From the NCBI RefSeq assembly GCF_025352015.1, contig NZ_JANXUG010000101.1, forward strand, positions 13,800 through 77,799: 64,000 nucleotides of DNA, given 5' to 3'. The stretch is from Flavobacterium sp. Its GTDB lineage: Bacteria > Bacteroidota > Bacteroidia > Flavobacteriales > Flavobacteriaceae. Below the pieces are notes generated by a model. The model had not been told where the DNA came from, made no database searches, and saw only the letters and a program-made list of their open reading frames with translations. Both the position numbers and the translations under genes were made by a program. Of this stretch, positions 31,903-44,091 are shown piece by piece (the first letter of the stretch is position 1; each line of letters starts with the position of its first letter).

Positions 31903-33993
31903 ATGAAAAACCGAATTATTTACGCTTTACTTTTTATTTTTTGCTTTACAATTTCACTGATGGCAAAACAAGAAAAATATATTAAGCATACTGTTGCTAA
32001 AGGAGAAACAGTTACCCTAATTGCTCAAAAATATAAGGTCACACCCTATGATATTTATAAGCTTAATCCCGATTCTCAAAACGGAATTCAGTTAGATAGC
32101 GTATTGTTAATACCACCTTCAGGAGAAGTTGCTGCATATATGGCTCCAAAAACAAACGTAAATAGCACTACAATTCCACCAAAAAACACCAATCCAAGTA
32201 CGCATTTGGTACAACCTAAAGAAACCTTGTACAGTTTGTCGAAACTATACAAAATAACTATTGATCAGCTTAAAGCTGCTAACGGTGATTTACTAAACAA
32301 CGGATTGAAAATAGGAATGAGCGTTAAACTTCCTAATGCTGCAGACGCTCCAAGTAAGACTACTGCAACGCCAACTGAAATTTCAAAAGTTGCAATAAGT
32401 ACGCCAAAAGTAGCCGCTCCTAAAGTAGTACCTTCTAAAGGAACCGTTCCCAAAATACAAGCTAATGCAGAAACTTCAAAAGCAGGAATTACCTATCATA
32501 TTATTGAACCCAAAGAAACAAAATACGGTATTTCCAAAAAATATAATATAACTATTGCCGAGTTAGAACGTTTAAATCCTCAAATTATCTCGGATTTTCC
32601 TATTGGATATAAGCTTGTGATTTCGGGAAATGCTCCTGCGGGAAACAGTACTGAAACTACAAAACCGGCAACAGTAATAACAAAATCACCTCCTTTAACA
32701 ATATCAACTTCGGGCACCAAAAAATATTTGGAAGAGTACGTTGTAAAACAAAAAGATACTGCTGCCAGTATCGCCGCAGATTATGGCATGACAGAGCAAG
32801 AGTTGCTATCATTGAATCCCGAATTAAAAAAAGGAGTAAAACTGGGAATGATACTGCGGGTTCCCAAAGGACAACGAAAGGAACCTGTCAAAAAAGAACA
32901 AGGAAATTTAATGAAATCAATAAACACTAATGCGAGGAAACAACTCGCATTACTTTTTCCGTTTAATATAACAAAGATAGAAAGCGATACTATAAACTCT
33001 ACACAAGCTAGGTTAAAGAAAGATAAATTCTTAAACCTTACTTTGGATTTTTATTCGGGAGCCTTAATGGCAATTGACTCTGCGAAAGTGTTAGGTATGA
33101 ATGTAGATATAAAAATTTTGGACTCACAAGAAACTAAAAATTCATCCAATGTAGCGGCGTTAGTGCAACAAAATAGTCTACAAACTATGGATGCAATTGT
33201 TGGTCCATTTTATCAATCCAATGTAGAAAAACTGGCCGAATTGGTAGCATCAACAAAAACACCTGTTATTTCTCCGATGTCAAAAGAAGATGGGAAAAAA
33301 TATCCTAATTTGTACCAGTCCATGCCATTAATGGAGGTTTTACGAAGTTCTATTTTTGACTATATGAAAGCAAAAGACGGTAATATCATTGCAGTGATTG
33401 ATTCAAAAAAAGGGAGTGTCAAACAATATATTCAAACCACGCAACCACAAGTTAAAATAATGGGATTGAGCGAAAAAGGAACAGTCATTGCAGATAGTTT
33501 AAAACTATTATTTCAAAAAGACAAACTTAATTATGTAGTACTTGCGTCCGAAAAAACAGGAATGATTTTAGCCACCACAACCGCCATGTTGAATGCACAA
33601 AAGGACTATCAAGTGCAATTAGTGATTTTAGAACCCAATGAAACCTTTGACTTTGAGGAAATTTCGTTGACAAGACTAACCAAATTAAAACTATTATATC
33701 CATCATTTTCTAGACCCAACGAAACAGATGAAGCCAATCAATTTGATGCAAAATATAAAAAATTAAATAAAATCCTGCCCAATCAATATGCCATTCGAGG
33801 CTTTGATGTCACTTTCGATACCTTACTTCGATTATCACAAGATCAAACGTTTGAAGAAACTGTTCAATCCTCTTCATCAGAACAAATAGAAAACAAATTT
33901 GAATATGTCTCCAATGCAACGTACGGCTATGCCAACAATGGAATTTACATTTTGTATTACGACACTGATTTAACTATAAAAAAAGCATTGTAA
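31903..33993 (+). CDS. Secreted protein with four LysM domains and a C-terminal type-1 periplasmic-binding-fold domain
   Basis: LysM repeats HTVAKGET, HLVQPKET, HIIEPKET and YVVKQKDT. The C-terminal DFYSGALMA...DAIVGPF...VISP pattern is typical of PBP1-fold domains. Confidence 0.85.
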   Translation: MKNRIIYALLFIFCFTISLMAKQEKYIKHTVAKGETVTLIAQKYKVTPYDIYKLNPDSQNGIQLDSVLLIPPSGEVAAYMAPKTNVNSTTIPPKNTNPSTHLVQPKETLYSLSKLYKITIDQLKAANGDLLNNGLKIGMSVKLPNAADAPSKTTATPTEISKVAISTPKVAAPKVVPSKGTVPKIQANAETSKAGITYHIIEPKETKYGISKKYNITIAELERLNPQIISDFPIGYKLVISGNAPAGNSTETTKPATVITKSPPLTISTSGTKKYLEEYVVKQKDTAASIAADYGMTEQELLSLNPELKKGVKLGMILRVPKGQRKEPVKKEQGNLMKSINTNARKQLALLFPFNITKIESDTINSTQARLKKDKFLNLTLDFYSGALMAIDSAKVLGMNVDIKILDSQETKNSSNVAALVQQNSLQTMDAIVGPFYQSNVEKLAELVASTKTPVISPMSKEDGKKYPNLYQSMPLMEVLRSSIFDYMKAKDGNIIAVIDSKKGSVKQYIQTTQPQVKIMGLSEKGTVIADSLKLLFQKDKLNYVVLASEKTGMILATTTAMLNAQKDYQVQLVILEPNETFDFEEISLTRLTKLKLLYPSFSRPNETDEANQFDAKYKKLNKILPNQYAIRGFDVTFDTLLRLSQDQTFEETVQSSSSEQIENKFEYVSNATYGYANNGIYILYYDTDLTIKKAL

Positions 33994-34397
33994 TGGCTAC
34001 ATCTATTGTTAGATATTTAGGCGAATTGCGAACCTCGTCAATGCACATGCAGTCGGGGACAGAAATCTTGTCGGATGCACCAACAGATAACCAGGGAAAA
34101 GGAGAAGCATTTTCGCCAACGGATCTGGTGGCAAATTCATTAGCAACCTGCATGATTACCATCATGGCAATTAAGGCAAGAGATTTAGATCTTGAATTAA
34201 AAGGCACCACAGCCGAAGTGACCAAAGTTATGGCAGTTGAACCGAGAAGAATTTCTGAAATTCATATCCATTTTGAAATGAATCTTATTGCTGATGCTAA
34301 AACCAAAACAATTTTAGAGCGAACCGCAATGACTTGTCCCGTGCACCATAGCCTGCATCCAGATATTAAAAAAGTGATTTCTTTTAACTGGAAGTAA
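33993..34397 (+). CDS. OsmC-like protein
   Basis: SDAPTDNQGKGEAFSPTDL, two Cys (ATCMIT and TCPVHHSL), TAATG coupling to the upstream gene. Confidence 0.9.
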   Translation: MATSIVRYLGELRTSSMHMQSGTEILSDAPTDNQGKGEAFSPTDLVANSLATCMITIMAIKARDLDLELKGTTAEVTKVMAVEPRRISEIHIHFEMNLIADAKTKTILERTAMTCPVHHSLHPDIKKVISFNWK

Positions 34398-34476
34398 TTC
34401 AGTAAAATGTCAGAAATTCTAAAGTCGAAATTCTTTGGTTTTTTAATTCACTTTTAAAACTTTAAGACCTTTGACT

Positions 34477-34710
34477 TTGGATAAAAACCAACAACAACTT
34501 ATAAAATTAGCCCATACTAAAATGCCTTTTGGCAAATACAAAGGATATCACCTGATTGACATACCCGAATATTACATAGTTTGGTATAGTAATAAAGGAT
34601 TTCCAAAAGGGCAACTTGGCGAGTCCTTGCAACTCGTTTACGAACTCAAATTAAATGGGTTGGAGGAATTGGTTCATACGATTAAAAAGCAATATCCAAA
34701 ACCAATTTAA
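34477..34710 (+). CDS. DUF3820-family small protein (probable TTG start)
   Basis: MPFGKYKG...LIDIPEYYIVWY...GFPKGQLG...ELKLNGLE. Confidence 0.85.
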   Translation: MDKNQQQLIKLAHTKMPFGKYKGYHLIDIPEYYIVWYSNKGFPKGQLGESLQLVYELKLNGLEELVHTIKKQYPKPI

Positions 34711-34718
34711 TTTTCAAA

Positions 34719-34750
34719 TTGATTTTTCTTCAAAATATATCGTATTTTTG
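34719..34750 (+). promoter_or_regulatory. Promoter of pyrG
   Basis: TTG (34719-34721), 21-nt spacer, TATTTTTG (34743-34750). Confidence 0.6.
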
Positions 34751-34791
34751 TCTCGTTTTTACAACAAATACAACACAACAAGTACGGATAA

Positions 34792-36441
<1,650 letters not shown>

Positions 36442-36481
36442 TGATAGCTAAAGCTGTCAATGATGACAAATAGTTTAAATA

Positions 36482-38371
36482 ATGGAAAATAAGAAATTTG
36501 ATTTTAATACAATTATAGGTTTTGGTTTGATATTCGTTATCATTATGTGGATAATGTACAACAACAAAACTAAAGATTTAAAGGAAAAACAAGAAAAAGT
36601 TAAAACCGAAAAAGTTACAAAAACTATAACTACTCCAATTGACACGGCAAAAACTATAAAAGATACTACTATAAATGATTCTATTAAAATTAAAAAACTA
36701 GCAGGCACTTTGGGTAGTTTTGCTTATTCTGCAACGTTACCTTCTGCCAAAGAAAATTTTACCACTTTAGAAAATGAATATGTAACCCTCAAAATTGCTA
36801 ACAAAGGCGGATATATCGTTGAAGCTACTTTAAAGAATTTTGAAAAACTTAAGAAAAATTCAGGTCAGTTAGTAGAGTTGATTAAAGATAATAACGCCAG
36901 TTTTAATCTCCAATTACAAACAAAAGACAACCGGGTTTTAAATACGAAAGAGCTATTTTTTGAACCCACTTTAACTAAAGTTGGCGTTAACCAAATACTA
37001 TCAATGAAGTTGAAAGCGGGTGCTAATTCCTTTTTGGAGTACAACTATGTTTTGGCACCAAATAACTATTTAGTAAACTTTGATATTCGTTCACAAGGAT
37101 TAAATACAATTTTAAATACTTCAAAACCAATTGATTTAGAGTGGGATTTAAAAACCTTCAGAAATGAAAGGAGTATAGCCTATGAAAATCGTTATGCCGA
37201 AATTTATTTTGAGCATAATGACGGAAAAATCGATTACGTGGGACAAGGCGATAATAAGGAAGAAACATCCGAAAAAATAACTTTCATAGCCTACAAACAA
37301 CATTTTTTTTCAAGTATATTACTAAGCAAAATACCATTTGAAAAAGCGAAATTGAATTCTCAAAACTTGGTGCATGACGAAAAAAAGGATACTCTTTTTA
37401 CAAAACAATATAAAGCAAGTCTACCGTTGGCCTTTGCTAATGGGGAGTTAGACTATAAAATGAATTGGTATTTTGGGCCAACAGATTATAAAACTTTAAA
37501 AAAATACGATCGAAATCTTGAGAAAATTGTTCCGTTAGGTTGGGGGATTTTTGGATGGATAAATAAGTTTATTTTTATTCCATTATTTGGATTTTTAAGT
37601 TCGTTTATGGGATTGGGAATTGCTATAATCATTTTTACGATTATGATAAAAATAGCGATGTCGCCTATAACGTTTAAATCATTTTTGTCCCAAGCGAAGA
37701 TGAAAGTGTTGCGTCCTGAAATTATGGAAATAGGAGAAAAATTCAGTAAAGATCCTATGAAAAAACAACAAGAAACTATGAAGTTATACAACAAAGCTGG
37801 TGTGAATCCAATGGCGGGTTGCATACCAGCATTGATACAACTACCGTTTATGTATGCCTCGTTTCAGTTCTTCCCATCAGCATTTGAATTAAGACAAAAA
37901 GGGTTCCTTTGGGCAGACGATTTATCATCTTTTGATCAAGTAGTTAAATTACCTTTTCATATTCCGTTGTATGGAGATCATATAAGTTTGTTCCCAATCT
38001 TGGCAGCTATTGCGATTTTCTTTTACATGAAAATGACATCTGGCGATCAACAAATGGCAGCACCACAACAAGAAGGAATGCCCGACATGGCAAAAATTAT
38101 GAAAATAATGATTTATGTTTCGCCTGTAATGATGCTGATTTTCTTTAATAGTTATGGTTCTGGATTGAGTTTATATAACTTTATTTCTAATTTGATAACT
38201 ATCGGAATTATGCTGGTCATTAAGAAATATTTTATCAATAGCGATAAAATTCATGCGCAAATTCAAGAAAATAAAACCAAGCCTAAAACCGAAGGAAAAT
38301 TTCAGAAAAAGATGCGAGAAATGATGGAACAAGCCGAGGCTCAAAAGCAAATCCAAAATAAAAAGAAATAA
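36482..38371 (+). CDS. yidC: Membrane protein insertase YidC
   Basis: N-terminal TM, periplasmic domain, YNKAGVNPMAGCIP, FLWADDLS and SGLSLY. Confidence 0.96.
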   Translation: MENKKFDFNTIIGFGLIFVIIMWIMYNNKTKDLKEKQEKVKTEKVTKTITTPIDTAKTIKDTTINDSIKIKKLAGTLGSFAYSATLPSAKENFTTLENEYVTLKIANKGGYIVEATLKNFEKLKKNSGQLVELIKDNNASFNLQLQTKDNRVLNTKELFFEPTLTKVGVNQILSMKLKAGANSFLEYNYVLAPNNYLVNFDIRSQGLNTILNTSKPIDLEWDLKTFRNERSIAYENRYAEIYFEHNDGKIDYVGQGDNKEETSEKITFIAYKQHFFSSILLSKIPFEKAKLNSQNLVHDEKKDTLFTKQYKASLPLAFANGELDYKMNWYFGPTDYKTLKKYDRNLEKIVPLGWGIFGWINKFIFIPLFGFLSSFMGLGIAIIIFTIMIKIAMSPITFKSFLSQAKMKVLRPEIMEIGEKFSKDPMKKQQETMKLYNKAGVNPMAGCIPALIQLPFMYASFQFFPSAFELRQKGFLWADDLSSFDQVVKLPFHIPLYGDHISLFPILAAIAIFFYMKMTSGDQQMAAPQQEGMPDMAKIMKIMIYVSPVMMLIFFNSYGSGLSLYNFISNLITIGIMLVIKKYFINSDKIHAQIQENKTKPKTEGKFQKKMREMMEQAEAQKQIQNKKK

Positions 38372-38442
38372 TATTTTAATAATACATTTTCAAAACTCTA
38401 TATCAAAATATAAATTTAATTAGAGTTTTTAATTGCATCACT

Positions 38443-39249
38443 ATGAAAGTATTAATAGTTGGTTATGGTAATATGGGCAAGACTTATGCCAATAGTTTTA
38501 TCAGTTCACGATTTATCAAGCCCGAAGATATTTTTGTTTTAGTTAGAAATGAAAATTTTAGAATAACCGAAAGTACTATTCCAATAGCAAATTTTTCATC
38601 CATTACAAATAAAAAAATCAGCGATTTCGATATTGTAATTCTCGCCGTAAAGCCACAGGATTTTGAAGCACTAGCACAAAATATAAAACCGTTTTTAAAA
38701 GACAGTCAGATTATTTTTTCGGTCATGGCCGGAATAACGATATCAAAAATTGAATCCCAACTTTCGTGTCCAAAAATTGTGCGTTCGATGCCTAATATTC
38801 CAACTCAAATCGGAATGGGAATGACTGTTTTTACAGCCTCTTCCAATGTAGATAGAAAAGAATTATTCATCATTCAAAACCTCATTAACACTACTGGAAA
38901 ATCAGTGTATGTAGAGAATGAAAAACTGATTAATGCCGCTACGGCTATCTCGGGAAGTGGACCAGCGTATGTTTTTTATTTTATGCAGTCAATGATACTG
39001 GCAGCAGTAGATTTAGGATTCAACGAATCAGAAGCGGAATTACTCGTAAATCAAACGTTTATGGGCTCGGTTGCAATTCAAAATAGTTATTCGTTATCTA
39101 ATGAGGAATGGATTGCTAAAGTAGCTTCAAAAGGCGGAACTACTGAAAGCGCATTACAAGTTTTCGATAAAGGCAGTTTAGAACAGACAATAGTTAAAGC
39201 TATTAAGGCAGCTAATGACCGAGCTCTTGAATTAGGAGTAATTTCCTAA
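38443..39249 (+). CDS. proC: Pyrroline-5-carboxylate reductase
   Basis: GYGNMG, LAVKPQ, RSMPN, SGSGPAY and VASKGGTT. Confidence 0.95.
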   Translation: MKVLIVGYGNMGKTYANSFISSRFIKPEDIFVLVRNENFRITESTIPIANFSSITNKKISDFDIVILAVKPQDFEALAQNIKPFLKDSQIIFSVMAGITISKIESQLSCPKIVRSMPNIPTQIGMGMTVFTASSNVDRKELFIIQNLINTTGKSVYVENEKLINAATAISGSGPAYVFYFMQSMILAAVDLGFNESEAELLVNQTFMGSVAIQNSYSLSNEEWIAKVASKGGTTESALQVFDKGSLEQTIVKAIKAANDRALELGVIS

Positions 39250-39446
39250 ACCGTTACATCGATTATTTAGGACAGCATAAATATTCTTTCTGTTCTTCAT
39301 GAAAATTTTTTTATTTAAATATTAATGTTATAAAATAGATTTTTTAAAGTCACTTATTTTACTAAATTATCTTGTTACATTTTGACACGAATTATAATTT
39401 AGTTCTTAACTAAATTTTTTTAAGTTATTTTCTAAAAAAAAACTGC

Positions 39447-39478
39447 AAAAAAAAACTTCCCATAGTATTGAGAAGTTT
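39447..39478 (-). terminator. Intrinsic terminator after the fasciclin gene
   Basis: Minus-strand stem aaacttctca/tgggaagttt, with a G-U pair valid only on the minus strand, then a U run. Confidence 0.7.
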
Positions 39479-39501
39479 AATTTTAAAAAGAGTTACTTTT
39501 C

Positions 39502-40071
39502 TTAATTGTTAGAAGGCATCAGTACAGCATCAATAATGTGTATAACACCATTTGTAGCTAAAACATCTCTAGCAAATACTCTTGAAGAATTATTCATAGC
39601 GTCTTTTACAAAAATACTTGTTTGCTCATACGTATTTAAGTCTGGATCGATTGCAGGATAATAAGTATTTGGAATTAAGTTGATTGTAATATTTTGACCT
39701 TGTAACGTGGCCACACTTTGATTATTTGTTAAATCTTTAGACAATACTCCTGCATTGGCAATAACATGATATTTTAATACTTTAGCAAGTACTCCTGGGT
39801 TAGCGGTATTAAAATCAGTAACAGTCATTCCGCCAAGAACGCTAGCAAATGCAGTATTGGTTGGTACAAATACAGTATAATTTCCTGCGTCTTCAAACGT
39901 TGCAGTTAATCCCGTTACATCAAGAGCTTCTTTAAAAATACTTAATTCAGGTGTTACCGTTGCTAATTTCGCAATAGATACTTTTTGAAAACTTTTTTGT
40001 TCTTCCTTACTACATGAAAAGGCAGTAAAAACTAGTGCTGCTATTGCAATGCTTTTGATTAATTTTTTCAT
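39502..40071 (-). CDS. Fasciclin (FAS1)-domain lipoprotein
   Basis: Lipobox AFSC, YTVFVPTNTAF (H1), LKYHVI and ATNGVIHIIDAVL (H2). Confidence 0.92.
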   Translation of the reverse strand: MKKLIKSIAIAALVFTAFSCSKEEQKSFQKVSIAKLATVTPELSIFKEALDVTGLTATFEDAGNYTVFVPTNTAFASVLGGMTVTDFNTANPGVLAKVLKYHVIANAGVLSKDLTNNQSVATLQGQNITINLIPNTYYPAIDPDLNTYEQTSIFVKDAMNNSSRVFARDVLATNGVIHIIDAVLMPSNN

Positions 40072-40298
40072 TTGATTTTGTGTTTAATTTTTTTCAAATA
40101 TAAAAATAATAATTTAAATTCCTAATATTTTCTTAAAACAATCATCGGTTCTCTTTATCTTTTTGTCAATACAATCAAATGAAGTAATTTTGAACATGTG
40201 AAATAGGGATGAAATACTAAATAAGCCTATTTTACGTTTACTAAATAAGTTTAATTTTGCAACCAAGGTTTTACATTTTTTAAATACAAAGCGATAAC

Positions 40299-41033
40299 AT
40301 GAAATATATTTTAGCAGCTTTTTTTATATCAGTTTCGGTTTTTGCCCAAGAATTTAATAAACTAGATGAAAACGGAAAAAAACAAGGGATTTGGAAAGGG
40401 ATTTATGAAGATTCAAAGCGTCCTAGATACGAAGGAACTTTTGACCATGGAAAAGAACGAGGGACATTCAAATTTTTTGATAATACCAAAGTAGGAACTG
40501 TAATTGCAACCCGAGAATTCAGTTCAAAAGAGAATTCGTGCTACACCATTTTTTACAATCAAAATAAAAACAAAGTTAGCGAAGGAAAAGTTGTTAATAA
40601 GCAATTTGATGGTCAGTGGAAATATTATCATGAAGATTTGCCCAATATAATGACTTCAGAATACTATAAAAACGGTAAGTTAGAAGGTGTAAGAAAAGTT
40701 TTTTATCAAAGCGGAAAAATTGCCGAAGAAACAAGTTATAAAAACGGAATCAAACAGGGAAAATATAAAAGTTATGCTGAAAACGGTTTTGCACTCGAAG
40801 AAAGCAATTACAAAAATGGAGAATACGATGGTTTAGCTATTTTTAAAGATCCCAATAACCAGATTGTAGGACAAGGTATTTTTAAAAACGGAAAGAAAGT
40901 AGGCATGTGGAAAGTTCTTGAAAAAGGGAAATTGAAAGAAGTCAACATGAACTACATAAATAAAAATTTTAAAAGACCCGTCATGCCAAAAGACCCAGCG
41001 ATGGAGCCGGATAAAAAAGTTGATATTAAATAA
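40299..41033 (+). CDS. Secreted MORN-variant repeat protein (YwqK-like family)
   Basis: Signal peptide plus repeated Y(K/Q)NGK(L/K)xGx(W/Y)KxY units. Confidence 0.8.
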   Translation: MKYILAAFFISVSVFAQEFNKLDENGKKQGIWKGIYEDSKRPRYEGTFDHGKERGTFKFFDNTKVGTVIATREFSSKENSCYTIFYNQNKNKVSEGKVVNKQFDGQWKYYHEDLPNIMTSEYYKNGKLEGVRKVFYQSGKIAEETSYKNGIKQGKYKSYAENGFALEESNYKNGEYDGLAIFKDPNNQIVGQGIFKNGKKVGMWKVLEKGKLKEVNMNYINKNFKRPVMPKDPAMEPDKKVDIK

Positions 41034-41071
41034 CTTTCGCTGTTAACATATAGAGTTTAACTACTGTCAGG

Positions 41072-41103
41072 TTTGAAATTACACATATTTTAAGGTAACT
41101 TTG
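41072..41103 (+). promoter_or_regulatory. Promoter of mnmA
   Basis: TTTG (41072-41075), 20-nt spacer, TAACTTTG (41096-41103). Confidence 0.75.
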
Positions 41104-41123
41104 TAGCAAAATTTTTGTTACAA

Positions 41124-42311
41124 ATGAAACGAGTTGTTGTAGGGCTTTCTGGAGGTGTTGATTCAAGTGTTGCTGCGCATTTGCTCATAGAACAAGGTTA
41201 CGAAGTTATTGGTCTTTTTATGAAAAATTGGCACGATGATTCGGTAACAATTTCCAATGAATGTCCATGGCTCGAAGATAGTAATGACGCACTGCTTGTT
41301 GCTGAAAAATTGCGAATTCCTTTCCAAACAGTTGATTTGAGCGAACAATACAAAGAAAAAATCGTAGACTATATGTTCAACGAATACAAGCAGGGACGAA
41401 CGCCAAATCCTGATGTGTTGTGCAATCGCGAAATTAAGTTTGATGTCTTTATGAAAATTGCTTTAAGTCTTGGCGCTGATTATGTTGCCACAGGACATTA
41501 CTGCCGCAAAGGAGAAATAAAAGCAGGTGATAAAACCGTTTACCAATTGTTGTCAGGGAAAGACAACAACAAAGATCAATCCTATTTCTTATGTCAATTA
41601 TCGCAAGAACAATTGTCGAAATCGTTATTTCCAATTGGAGAATTGAATAAATCAGAAGTTCGAGAAATTGCTGCTCGATTAGATTTGGTTACAGCCGAAA
41701 AGAAAGATTCTCAAGGATTATGCTTTATCGGAAAAGTGCGTTTGCCCGAATTCCTGCAGCAGCAATTAAAGCCTATAGAAGGCTTGATTTTTGAAATCGA
41801 TGCCAATAATCCGATTTACCATCAACCAATACCAGAGTTTCATTCATTGGAAGAACAATTAGCTTTTGAAGCCAAAGGAATTTCGTATACTTCACAAAAC
41901 GGGAAAGTTGTTGGAAAACATCAAGGCGCTCATTATTTTACTATCGGGCAACGAAAAGGACTAAATGTTGGCGGAACAAAAGAAGCACTTTTTATTATCG
42001 CTACCGATGTAAAATCAAATTCAATCTATACAGGTCAAGGTGCCAATCATCCTGGTTTATTTAAAAAAACTTTACGAGTTCAACCTTCAGAAATTCATTG
42101 GATACGAGAAGATTTAAAATTAGAAAATGGCGAAAACATGACAGTTACAGCACGAATTCGGTACCGTCAAGAATTGCAAAATGCAACTTTGCATCATTAT
42201 GAAAGCGGATTATATGTTTCTTTTGATAAACCCCAATCAGCCATTACCGAGGGTCAATTTGTAGCTTGGTATGTAGGTGATGAGTTGCTAGGTTCTGGAG
42301 TAATTTCATAG
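41124..42311 (+). CDS. mnmA: tRNA-specific 2-thiouridylase MnmA
   Basis: [27 protein letters not shown] and KKDSQGLCF. Confidence 0.98.
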   Translation: MKRVVVGLSGGVDSSVAAHLLIEQGYEVIGLFMKNWHDDSVTISNECPWLEDSNDALLVAEKLRIPFQTVDLSEQYKEKIVDYMFNEYKQGRTPNPDVLCNREIKFDVFMKIALSLGADYVATGHYCRKGEIKAGDKTVYQLLSGKDNNKDQSYFLCQLSQEQLSKSLFPIGELNKSEVREIAARLDLVTAEKKDSQGLCFIGKVRLPEFLQQQLKPIEGLIFEIDANNPIYHQPIPEFHSLEEQLAFEAKGISYTSQNGKVVGKHQGAHYFTIGQRKGLNVGGTKEALFIIATDVKSNSIYTGQGANHPGLFKKTLRVQPSEIHWIREDLKLENGENMTVTARIRYRQELQNATLHHYESGLYVSFDKPQSAITEGQFVAWYVGDELLGSGVIS

Positions 42312-42460
42312 GTAAAACTTTTATAGATATTTAAAAAATCATTAACTAAATATGACTTGAATTCCTTCCTTTAATAAAGAATCGTGCGCTGAATTTCGAA
42401 GCAGAATTAGGTAGTTCTATGGTTATTTCGTAAATTAGCTTGTTCCAAATTGTGTTAGTG

Positions 42461-44071
42461 ATGAAAAAAATATTTCTTTTCTTGTTTATTCTATGCAGTT
42501 ATTATGGCTTTTCTCAAGAAGATGCTTGGGTTTATTTTAATGACAAACCCAATGTTCAAACTTTTTTTGACAATCCTTTATCTGAATTATCTCAAAGATC
42601 TCTAGACAGAAGAATGGCTCAAAATATTTCTTTAAATAACAACGATGCACCAATTGAACAATCATATATCAATGCGGTTTTATCGGTTACTGGAATAGAA
42701 GTTAAAGCCAAATCCAAGTGGTTAAATTGTCTTCATATCCGCGGAAGCATCAGCGATATTCAGGCATTGAATAATTTGTCTTTTGTAAATCATATTCATT
42801 TTGCAGACAAAACTTTAAATGCTAGAATGGCAATTCACAAACCATTCAAAACGATAAACAAGCAAATGATTGTTCAAGATTTTTTTAACTATGGTACTTC
42901 GGCTAACCAAGTTCAGATGTTAAATGTTAATTTGTTACACCAAGCTAATTATACTGGAACTGGTAAAATAATTGCTGTTTTAGATTCGGGATTTACAGGT
43001 GTAAATACCATAATTCCTTTTAATAGATTTTTTAACAATGGGCAATATTTAGGTGGCTACAATTATGTCGCTGCTAATACCGACGTTTTTTCTACACATT
43101 TTCATGGCACGATGACTTTATCTTGCATGACAGGTTATGTAGATGGGCAGTTGATAGGAACAGCTCCAGATGCGCAATATTATTTATTTATTACCGAAGA
43201 TGTTGGCTCCGAAAATCCTGTTGAAGAAAGTTATTGGGTGCAAGCTGCTGAAGAAGCCGATAGACTAGGAGCGGATATTATCTCAACCTCATTGGGATAT
43301 TTTGAATACGACAATACAAACTACAGTCATACCTATGAAGAAATGACGGGTAATACAGCGTTTGCATCTCAAGGAGCAAATATTGCCTTTACAAAAGGAA
43401 TGATAGTGGTAGCAAGTGCTGGGAATTCGGGTGGAACTATAAATCCACACATTGGTGTTCCCGCAGAAGCTACCAATGTTTTAGCGGTTGGCGCTGTTCA
43501 ATCCGACAGAACTTATGCAGCCTTTAGCTCTATAGGCCCAAGCTTTGACGGAAGAGTAAAACCCGACGTAATGGCCAAAGGACAAAATGCAACAGTATCT
43601 AACACCACGGGAACTATTGTAACAGTTAGCGGAACATCTTTTTCATGCCCCATTATGGCTGGATCAATTGCTAGTTTTTGGCAAGCGGTTCCTAGTTTAA
43701 ATAATCAGCAAGTAGTAGATTTTGTAAAACAATCAGCAGATAGATTTACTAACCCAACAGTGGAATATGGATATGGAATTCCGAATTTTCAATTGGCTTT
43801 AAACAATGCCTTACTTTCTGTAAATGATACTATACAAGAAAGGTTTATAGTATATCCCAATCCGGTTTATGATCAATTGATTTTTTCTTTCCCAAATGAT
43901 CTAGACAAAGCACAAGTTAGTTTTTATAATGCTTTGGGACAATTACTATTTGAGAAAAAAATTCAATATTCTGACACAACGGTTTCTTTATCCGATTTAA
44001 TTTCTGGAATTTATTTCTATAAAATTAAAAGTAATTCGTGCATGCAATCTGGAAAAATTTTTAAAAATTAA
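42461..44071 (+). CDS. S8 (subtilisin-like) serine protease with a type-A T9SS C-terminal sorting domain
   Basis: Catalytic triad motifs LDSG, HGT and GTSFS. C-terminal YPNP...GQL...GIYFYKI. Confidence 0.92.
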   Translation: MKKIFLFLFILCSYYGFSQEDAWVYFNDKPNVQTFFDNPLSELSQRSLDRRMAQNISLNNNDAPIEQSYINAVLSVTGIEVKAKSKWLNCLHIRGSISDIQALNNLSFVNHIHFADKTLNARMAIHKPFKTINKQMIVQDFFNYGTSANQVQMLNVNLLHQANYTGTGKIIAVLDSGFTGVNTIIPFNRFFNNGQYLGGYNYVAANTDVFSTHFHGTMTLSCMTGYVDGQLIGTAPDAQYYLFITEDVGSENPVEESYWVQAAEEADRLGADIISTSLGYFEYDNTNYSHTYEEMTGNTAFASQGANIAFTKGMIVVASAGNSGGTINPHIGVPAEATNVLAVGAVQSDRTYAAFSSIGPSFDGRVKPDVMAKGQNATVSNTTGTIVTVSGTSFSCPIMAGSIASFWQAVPSLNNQQVVDFVKQSADRFTNPTVEYGYGIPNFQLALNNALLSVNDTIQERFIVYPNPVYDQLIFSFPNDLDKAQVSFYNALGQLLFEKKIQYSDTTVSLSDLISGIYFYKIKSNSCMQSGKIFKN

Positions 44072-44091
44072 TAAAAAAATGTTCCGCTTGT

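Noticed and set aside
40299-41033. YwqK-like protein as the antitoxin of a toxin-antitoxin or polymorphic toxin system
   Set aside because: No adjacent toxin gene. It has a signal peptide and sits in housekeeping context, so the label reflects only the MORN-variant repeats.
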